Positions 14,961 to 21,862 of a stretch of DNA of 32,000 nucleotides are shown piece after piece. The translations under genes were made by a program, and so were the position numbers. Every line of letters starts with the position of its first letter. Within the stretch, counting starts at the first letter, position 1. The stretch is from Fibrobacter succinogenes subsp. succinogenes S85 (GTDB lineage: Bacteria > Fibrobacterota > Fibrobacteria > Fibrobacterales > Fibrobacteraceae), in the NCBI RefSeq assembly GCF_000146505.1, contig NC_017448.1:3811005-3843004 (forward strand), in the 5' to 3' direction. The notes under the pieces were generated by a model, which saw only the letters and a list, made by a program, of their open reading frames with translations, was not told the DNA's origin and made no database searches.

Positions 14961-17900
14961 ATGAAGATTAACGAGAAGTGGCATAAGCACATCTTTGCCG
15001 GTATCGCTGGCTTTATTGCATTGATCGTTTACATGATGACGATGGCCCCGACGGTCTCTTTCTGGGACTGCGGTGAATTCGTCGCCTGCGCTAACACACT
15101 TGGCATTCCGCATCCTCCTGGAACGCCGTTCTTCGTGTTCTTTGCCCGTGCGGTCATTCTCCTTTTGCCGTTCGTGGGCGAAATCGCAAAGCGCGTGAAC
15201 TACATCTCTGTGGTGAGTTCTGCCGCAACGGTCTATGTGACAGCCCTCTTTGCCTGGGAACTTTTGGCAACGGTCCTCAAGACTGACAGCCTTGCCGAAA
15301 AGATTTCTGAAAAGATGCGCACGTTTGTGCTCGGCACTGCCGCTCTCGTCGCTGGCTTCCTCCTCACGTTCTCCGATACGTTCTGGTTCAACGCGGTCGA
15401 AGCTGAAGTCTATGGCGTTGCCATGTTCATCTTGATGCTTGTCTCTTACCTCGGTCTCGTGTGGTACAACAAGCGCGAAGAATCGGGTAGCGACCGCATC
15501 CTCATCTTCATTTGCTATATCGCATTCCTTGGCGTTGGCGCTCACCTTTACACGATGCTCACTGTCCCGGCTGTGTTTGCCTTGCTTCTCGTGGCTCAGC
15601 CGAAAAAGATTGTTGAACGCATCCCTATCTGGATTACGGGTACGCTCCTTTGCTCCGTGATTTACATGGTCTCTGCTTTCATTGAAATCTCGCTTTTCTG
15701 CCTTGTCGTACTTTCTCTTGTGGTCTTTGTGCCTGCTATCCGTAGCGTTTTCCCGGCTCGCGTGAACCATGCGTTCAAGCTTTCGCTTGCCTTTGCGTTC
15801 TTTGCTTTGGTCGGCTACAGCACGCACCTCTACATCCCGATCCGTTCGGAACTCAACCCGACGATTGACGAAAACGACCCGGAACTGAACATCCGCGACG
15901 AACAGGGCAACCTCCAGCTCGGCAACCTCTTCGAAGCCAAAAACTGGGAAGCTTTCAATGCGTTCATTGAACGTAAGCAGTATGGTTCCGAAAGCATGAT
16001 TACCCGTGCTTTCTACCGTCGTTCCCAGATTGCTCACCAGGTGCTCTCTTTCCCGAGCATGAGCTATGGTGGTTACCAGATGGCTCAGTACCTGCCGACT
16101 AAGGTGGGCGGGGTGAATTACGCTAATGGTGTTTACGCTTTTGATGCTTCCGAAAATGAACCGATTGAACGTTTGGGATTCAAGTTCCCGACGCAGATGT
16201 CGTTCATGGGCGACAATACCTTTATGCAGCTCTTTTTCTTCTTGCTGTTTAACGGTCTCCTGGTTGCAACTTGCGTGTACGTTTACAAGCGCAACAAGCA
16301 TGTGGGTATCTTTATTTCGTCGCTTTATGCCCTTTGCTCTCTTGGTCTCCTGTTCTACATCAACTTTGCCGATGGCACCCGCATGGAACAGCGCGACCGC
16401 GACTACTGGGTGAGCGCTATGACGCGCAATGTGGCCGACCTGAACAACGCCGGTGCGGGCATTACATCTCTCCCGGACCCGAACGAACTCATTGACCTTC
16501 GCCAGGAGATTGAGACTGCCAAGTACAGGATTGAACGCCTCCGCATGCGTAATGCGCCGGCATCGCAGATTGTTGAATTCGAAAGGAAGATTAGCGCTGC
16601 CGAAAATACCACAGCTTGGAAGAACTGGCAGAAGATTGAAGAAAGCTTTGCCCGCTTTGGCCAGCGCGCTCCGTTCCCGGAAGCTGTCCACATGGAAGTC
16701 CGTGAACGTGACTACTTCTACACGCCGGCTTTCATCTTCATGAGCATGATTTACGGTATCGGCGCAGGTATCCTTGTGCTCCTTGCCGCAACGACTACAA
16801 CAACGGCCGCCTTCGCCTCTCCGATTGCAGCTGCTCTCGTGCTCGTCTCTTTACTTGTCCCGTGCATTTCGAACTACAAGGAACATGACCGTTCCGGCCT
16901 CTGGGTTCCTTGGGATTACGCCTACAACCTCCTCAACAGCTGCCGTCCGAACGCCATCCTCTTCACGAATGGCGATAACGACACGTTCCCGCTGTGGTTT
17001 GCTCAGGAAGTTGCCGGTGTCCGTAAGGACGTCCGCGTGGTGAACCTCTCCTTGGGTAACACCGACTGGTACATCAAGCAGATGCTCACGAACGAGCCGG
17101 TTCTCAAGCTTTCTTACAACAAGGAAACCATCGACAACGACATGGTCCTTGACAATAGCAGCGCCAACAACCCGAACCACCAGGTTGCTACTTGGGTTCG
17201 CCGTGCCGAAGCCTTGAAGCCGAAGCTCAAGGAACGTATTGATCAGATGGAAGCTAAGGGCTACCTCTCTGATGCCGATTCTGCAAAGCTTCTCCAGTTC
17301 AAGGTGAACTACCAGGTCTGGGATGCATTCCTCGATTGGGCCAAGAAGTATCGCTCCAGCATGATGCTCACGCAGTACAAGCTCGTGATTGATCTTGCTC
17401 TCCAGAACATGGACCGCCCGATTGAAATCTCGACGACTGTCGGCAATTCGAACTTCATGGGCCTTGAAAAGTACATGGTCCAGGAAGGTATGGTCTATAA
17501 CTTTGTGAAGGGCGACCTCACGCCGAAGCAGAACGCCTTTGATGCCAAGGTTACGGCAGCCATGATCGACACCGTTTACAAGTTCCGCGGTCTCGGTGAC
17601 GGTTCTGCTTACATCAACTCCGAAACGGAACGTTTGCTCAGCAGCTATGTCTCGCTCTACTTGCAGATTTCGTTCGACGCTCGTGAAAAGATTGCTGCCC
17701 TCGTGACCAAGAAGCCGTTTACCAGTGCTGACAAGGCCGAAGTCGAAAGAATTGCTACCGACGCCGCCAAGTACCTCGAACTCGGCATTTACCAGTTCCC
17801 GAGAGAATGGCGCAACTACTGGGCCGCCTCTTACGTTTATGCCTCTGCAGGCATGAAGGATAAGGCTGTCGATGTTATTGAACGCGGCCTTAAGAACATT

Positions 17901-18038
17901 CCTGCATACGATGGTCCGGGCCAGAACCGCCTTGCAATGAGCCTCAAGCAGATTGAAGCGATTACTGAGGATTTGCTCAAGGTCGATGAAGCTCCAGCTG
18001 ATGCTCCTGCTGCTGACGCCGCTCCTTCTGTAAATTAG
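14961..18038 (+). CDS. DUF2723 / TMEM260-like GT-C-fold membrane glycosyltransferase candidate with a large C-terminal soluble domain
   Basis: 1025 aa. N-terminal signature APTVSFWDCGEFVACANTLGIPHPPGTPFF. About 10 or more hydrophobic helices in the first approx. 620 aa, then a soluble TPR-like tail. Confidence 0.8.
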   Translation: MKINEKWHKHIFAGIAGFIALIVYMMTMAPTVSFWDCGEFVACANTLGIPHPPGTPFFVFFARAVILLLPFVGEIAKRVNYISVVSSAATVYVTALFAWELLATVLKTDSLAEKISEKMRTFVLGTAALVAGFLLTFSDTFWFNAVEAEVYGVAMFILMLVSYLGLVWYNKREESGSDRILIFICYIAFLGVGAHLYTMLTVPAVFALLLVAQPKKIVERIPIWITGTLLCSVIYMVSAFIEISLFCLVVLSLVVFVPAIRSVFPARVNHAFKLSLAFAFFALVGYSTHLYIPIRSELNPTIDENDPELNIRDEQGNLQLGNLFEAKNWEAFNAFIERKQYGSESMITRAFYRRSQIAHQVLSFPSMSYGGYQMAQYLPTKVGGVNYANGVYAFDASENEPIERLGFKFPTQMSFMGDNTFMQLFFFLLFNGLLVATCVYVYKRNKHVGIFISSLYALCSLGLLFYINFADGTRMEQRDRDYWVSAMTRNVADLNNAGAGITSLPDPNELIDLRQEIETAKYRIERLRMRNAPASQIVEFERKISAAENTTAWKNWQKIEESFARFGQRAPFPEAVHMEVRERDYFYTPAFIFMSMIYGIGAGILVLLAATTTTTAAFASPIAAALVLVSLLVPCISNYKEHDRSGLWVPWDYAYNLLNSCRPNAILFTNGDNDTFPLWFAQEVAGVRKDVRVVNLSLGNTDWYIKQMLTNEPVLKLSYNKETIDNDMVLDNSSANNPNHQVATWVRRAEALKPKLKERIDQMEAKGYLSDADSAKLLQFKVNYQVWDAFLDWAKKYRSSMMLTQYKLVIDLALQNMDRPIEISTTVGNSNFMGLEKYMVQEGMVYNFVKGDLTPKQNAFDAKVTAAMIDTVYKFRGLGDGSAYINSETERLLSSYVSLYLQISFDAREKIAALVTKKPFTSADKAEVERIATDAAKYLELGIYQFPREWRNYWAASYVYASAGMKDKAVDVIERGLKNIPAYDGPGQNRLAMSLKQIEAITEDLLKVDEAPADAPAADAAPSVN

Positions 18039-18054
18039 TTCTCGAGGTATTGTC

Positions 18055-18993
18055 ATGGATTTGAGCTTGGTTATCCCTGTTAAGGAAGAAAGTGAAAACC
18101 TTCCTGAGTTGTTTAAGGAAATTTGGGCCGCCATTCAGCCGACCGGTATGGAATTCGAGGTTATCGTTATCGATGACGGTAGCCGCGACAATACCTGGGA
18201 AGTGGTGGAGGGGTTGGCCAAGGAATACAACGCTATGCCGGGTTCCTCGGTAAGCGCATTCCGTTTCCAGTTCAACTGCGGCAAGGCCGCGGCGCTCGCC
18301 CTTGGCTTTTCCAAGGCTCGTGGCAAGTACGTAGCCACGCTCGATGGCGACTTGCAGGATGACCCGCTCGAAATCCCGAAGATGATCAAGATTCTCGAAT
18401 CCGGTTACGACCTCGTTTCCGGCTGGAAGATTCGCCGCCTCGATCCGTGGCACAAGACGATGCCTTCCAAGCTTTTCAATTTGACCGTGTCGATTGTCTG
18501 CGGCAAGCGCCTTCACGATTTCAACTGCGGCATCAAGGCATACCGCAGTTCCGTGGTCCGCTTTATCCAGCTTTACGGCGACTACCACCGCTTTATCCCG
18601 GTGATGGCCAAGTGGCAGGGCTTCCGCATTACAGAAATGCCGGTGGCGCACCGCGCCCGAGTTCATGGAGTCTCGAAGTATGGCGTTTCCCGCCTAGTGA
18701 GCGGATTCCTTGACTTGGTCTCCCTCATGTTCATGCGTAGCTTCTCCTCGAAGCCGCTCCATTTCTTTGGCCTTTTCGGGCTGTTGCTGCTCGTTTTTGG
18801 CCTTGGCATTTGCGGCTATTTTGGCTATGAATGGATACAGACGGGGGCAATGCACGTGCGTCCGCTCTTGTTGGCTGGCGCCTTCTCGCTTGTCATGAGC
18901 GTCCAGTTCTTCTCGCTTGGGCTCCTTGGCGAAATGATGAATGGCAATAAAAAACGCACTTATCCGGTTTCTGATGTCATTGGCCAGTTGTAA
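18055..18993 (+). CDS. GT2 polyprenol-phosphate hexosyltransferase (GtrB/ArnC-like)
   Basis: VIPVKEE...VIVIDDGSRDNT and DGDLQDDP motifs. Two C-terminal TM helices (FFGLFGLLLLVFGLGICGYF; LLLAGAFSLVMSVQFFSLGLL). Confidence 0.85.
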   Translation: MDLSLVIPVKEESENLPELFKEIWAAIQPTGMEFEVIVIDDGSRDNTWEVVEGLAKEYNAMPGSSVSAFRFQFNCGKAAALALGFSKARGKYVATLDGDLQDDPLEIPKMIKILESGYDLVSGWKIRRLDPWHKTMPSKLFNLTVSIVCGKRLHDFNCGIKAYRSSVVRFIQLYGDYHRFIPVMAKWQGFRITEMPVAHRARVHGVSKYGVSRLVSGFLDLVSLMFMRSFSSKPLHFFGLFGLLLLVFGLGICGYFGYEWIQTGAMHVRPLLLAGAFSLVMSVQFFSLGLLGEMMNGNKKRTYPVSDVIGQL

Positions 18994-19026
18994 TTTTGTA
19001 TAGATTTGTGTTTAGAGAGGTATTTA

Positions 19027-19740
19027 ATGGCGTTTCCTAAGAGTTTGGTAATCATTCCGACTTACAATGAGAAGGAGAATATTCTCCTCATCATGTCGGC
19101 GATTTTGGAACAGAATGAATGTCTTGAAATTTTGGTGGTGGACGATGGCTCTCCGGACGGTACGGGCGACCTCGTTCAGGCCGAAGCGGACAAGAATTCA
19201 CGAATTCATTTGATTCGCCGTAAGGGCAAAATGGGCCTTGGCTCCGCTTATGTGACTGGATTCAAGTGGGCACTCGAACGTGATTACGAACGCGTGTTCG
19301 AAATGGATGCCGACTTCAGCCATTCTCCGACGGACTTGAACCGCTTCCTGGAAACTGCCGAAAATGCCGACCTCGTGCTAGGTAGCCGCTATCAGGACCA
19401 CCGCATCAGCGTGGTGAACTGGGACTTGCGCCGCCTCATTTTGAGCTATGGTGCAAATGTCTATACCCGCATTGTGACGGGCCTCCCAATTAGCGATGCG
19501 ACGGGCGGCTTCAAGTGCTTCCGCCGCGAAGCGCTGCAGGCTTTGAACCTCGACAAGATGAAGAGTGACGGTTACTGCTTCCAGATTGAAACGACTTTCA
19601 AGATTTGGAAGAAGGGCCTTCGCGTCAAGGAAATCCCCATCATCTTTACGGACCGCACACGTGGCACCTCCAAGATGAGTGGTGGAATCATCTCCGAAGC
19701 GTTCTTCCTCGTGCTGAAACTACGATTAGGACTGGCTTAG
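19027..19740 (+). CDS. GT2 polyprenol monophosphomannose synthase-like (Ppm1/DPM1-like)
   Basis: IIPTYNEKENI, VVDDGSPDGT, MDADFSHSP, GSRY, GYCFQIE and RTRGTSKMS motifs. ATG 19027 is preceded by AGAGAGG. Confidence 0.85.
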   Translation: MAFPKSLVIIPTYNEKENILLIMSAILEQNECLEILVVDDGSPDGTGDLVQAEADKNSRIHLIRRKGKMGLGSAYVTGFKWALERDYERVFEMDADFSHSPTDLNRFLETAENADLVLGSRYQDHRISVVNWDLRRLILSYGANVYTRIVTGLPISDATGGFKCFRREALQALNLDKMKSDGYCFQIETTFKIWKKGLRVKEIPIIFTDRTRGTSKMSGGIISEAFFLVLKLRLGLA

Positions 19741-19773
19741 GTATGGGCGCGCTTCGCTTTGAGCTATGGGGTC

Positions 19774-19793
19774 GCCTTGCTTTGCAAGGCTTT
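19774..19793 (+). terminator. Perfect 7-bp hairpin GCCTTGC-TTT-GCAAGGC followed by TTT; weak terminator or attenuator candidate
   Basis: Read directly. It lies 34 nt after the Ppm1-like stop, in an unusually long (166 nt) spacer for this gene array. The T-tract is short. Confidence 0.3.
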
Positions 19794-19906
19794 GGGCAAA
19801 ATCAAGACGACTTCAATATCAAACAATAATGATGTTCCTTTAAGCAATAACCCCACACCCCAAAGCATCCCATAAGGGATGCGAGCCCACAACCTCATAA
19901 CCCGCT

Positions 19907-21541
19907 ATGCTTTCCTGTTCCGTCATTATCATTGCTTATAACTCTTGCGACTTCATTCCGGCATGCCTCAAGTCTGTGCGCGATGCTTGCGAAGGAATCG
20001 ATTCGCAAATTATTGTTTTGGATAACGGTTCCAACGAGCCGATTATTCCCGAAATCAAGAACTTCTTCCCGGAAGTGGAATGGATTGACTCCAAGGAAAA
20101 TTTGGGCTTTGGTAAAGGCTGTAACCTCGCTGAAAAGCATGCGACTAAGCCGTATCTGTTCTTTATCAATCCGGATACGATCATTTCGAAGAACGCTTTC
20201 CGCGAAATGCTCCAGTTCATGGGAGAACATCCGGATGCAGGTACTGTCGGTTGCCGTATTCTGAACGAAGATGGAACGCTCCAGTGGGCATGCCGCCGCT
20301 CTTTCCCGACGATTGTTTCTGCAGTGTCGAAGACGATAGGTCTTGCTGCACTTTTCCCGAAGAGCAAGACGCTCGCCAGCTATAACATGACGTACGCCGA
20401 TCCGGACGAGATGATTGAAGTTGATGCCGTGAGTGGCTCCTTCTTCTGCATCCGTCGTGACGTTTATGAAAAGTTGAACGGCTTTGACGAAGACTTCTTT
20501 ATGTATGGTGAAGACCTTGATCTTTGCTTTAGAACAAAGAAAATGGGGCTCCACAACTATTACACTCCGGTCACGAACATCCTGCATTTTAAGGGGCAGA
20601 GTTGCCGTACGCGCCGTTGGGGCTCGTATGTAGACTTCTACAAGGCGATGCTTATCTTTGTGAAAAAGCACAAGGACCTTTATTTTGTCCCGAATTTCCT
20701 TGTGTCTTTCGGTATTCTGTTTGCCGCATTCGTGGGCATGTTCTCGCGCCTTATCCCAAAGTTCTGGAAGATGTTCCTCGACTTGGGCGTGGTTGCCATT
20801 TGGGCTTTCTTCATTCTCTGTTACGAAGCAGGTATGGTTTCCACGAGCGACAATGTTGTTATCCATAATGGCTTTGATGACTGGATTTTGGCTGTCTTAG
20901 TGGTTGTCCTGAATCTCGTGTTCCTCATGTTCCGTGGGGAATATACGGTTTCAAGTCTCAAGGGCGAAAAGTTCTTGCGTTACTTGATTCCTTTGAACTT
21001 GCTCATTGTCGGTGGGTATTCGGCGTTCCGCTACTTCACCCAAAGCCCTGTTGTCATTGATTCTTCGGCCTATTTGCCGTACGATTCCCATTGGATGACG
21101 CTTGCGGTCTGCTCCAGCCTCTTCATCCCGTTTGCGCTTTTGGCTTGGCGTCGCGTCGCGTTCTGGATAAACTATTTCTACCGCATCTTTGCGAAGAAGC
21201 GTCACCGCTCCATCTTGCTGGGTGGCCGCGAAGATTCCCTCAACAACTGGTTCGATAGCTACAACGTGATTCCGGGTATTGAAATTCTCGGATGCGTGAG
21301 TTCTGAACCTGAAAAGTTGAGCGAAGAAAACCGCAAGCATCTCCTTGGCCCGCTTTCGGACATGGAGTCCATTTGCAACCGCACGGGCTGCCGCGAGCTT
21401 TTGGTGGTCTCGAATTTCTCGGGTTACCGCGAAGAATTCAACATCAACTGGCTTGATAAACTGGGCATGTGCGTGTATTTGCTCATCGGAAATGGCAAAA
21501 ACGGCAATTTTGCCCTCGTAAACCTCAAATATCTTCGTTAA
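19907..21541 (+). CDS. GT2 glycosyltransferase fused to a multi-TM segment and a C-terminal Rossmann-like domain
   Basis: VIIIAYNS, LDNGSNE, GFGKGCN, FINPDT and FFMYGEDLDLC motifs (WbbL/rhamnosyltransferase-like GT2). About 5 hydrophobic helices follow, then ILLGGRED...IEILGCV...CRELLVVS. Confidence 0.8.
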   Translation: MLSCSVIIIAYNSCDFIPACLKSVRDACEGIDSQIIVLDNGSNEPIIPEIKNFFPEVEWIDSKENLGFGKGCNLAEKHATKPYLFFINPDTIISKNAFREMLQFMGEHPDAGTVGCRILNEDGTLQWACRRSFPTIVSAVSKTIGLAALFPKSKTLASYNMTYADPDEMIEVDAVSGSFFCIRRDVYEKLNGFDEDFFMYGEDLDLCFRTKKMGLHNYYTPVTNILHFKGQSCRTRRWGSYVDFYKAMLIFVKKHKDLYFVPNFLVSFGILFAAFVGMFSRLIPKFWKMFLDLGVVAIWAFFILCYEAGMVSTSDNVVIHNGFDDWILAVLVVVLNLVFLMFRGEYTVSSLKGEKFLRYLIPLNLLIVGGYSAFRYFTQSPVVIDSSAYLPYDSHWMTLAVCSSLFIPFALLAWRRVAFWINYFYRIFAKKRHRSILLGGREDSLNNWFDSYNVIPGIEILGCVSSEPEKLSEENRKHLLGPLSDMESICNRTGCRELLVVSNFSGYREEFNINWLDKLGMCVYLLIGNGKNGNFALVNLKYLR

Positions 21542-21604
21542 AAATCGCCCTTTTTTATAAAAATGTGTTATTTTTTTAACGAAATAACACTATTAAAAGG
21601 TTTT

Positions 21605-21862
21605 ATGCTCGATTCTAAATTGTTAAGTATTCTTTGCTGCCCGGAAACTCGTCAACCTCTTTCCCAGGCGGGCGAGGACTGCATCGCTCTTTTGAACAAT
21701 GCTATTAAAGCTGGTACGCTCAAGAATGTTGCCGGCGAAGCTATTACTGAACCCCTGGCCGAAGCGCTTACGACTCCTGATGGTTCTCGAGTCTATCCGG
21801 TTCGTGAAGGCATTCCTGTACTTTTAGCGGATGAAGCTATTCTTCTTCCATTGGAGAAATGA
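21605..21862 (+). CDS. Trm112/UPF0434 (YcaR-like) small zinc-ribbon-like protein
   Basis: MLDSKLLSILCCPETRQPL ... YPVREGIPVLLADEA. ATG 21605 is preferred over the track start at 21563. The stop overlaps the next start (ATGA at 21859-21862). Confidence 0.7.
   Translation: MLDSKLLSILCCPETRQPLSQAGEDCIALLNNAIKAGTLKNVAGEAITEPLAEALTTPDGSRVYPVREGIPVLLADEAILLPLEK

Noticed and set aside
12715-18134. Long - strand ORFs (12715-14010, 14952-16691, 16851-18134), plus many 60-140-aa ORFs in alternative + frames
   Set aside because: All are antisense or out of frame to ribBA and the DUF2723 gene, whose sense translations carry unambiguous motifs. The antisense translations are Arg/His-rich, low-information sequence.
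21567-21588. AT-rich hairpin GTTATTT-(8 nt)-AAATAAC after the GT2 fusion gene, as a possible terminator
   Set aside because: The stem is entirely A/T apart from one G-C pair and lies within the likely 5' UTR of the Trm112-like gene. That is too weak to call.
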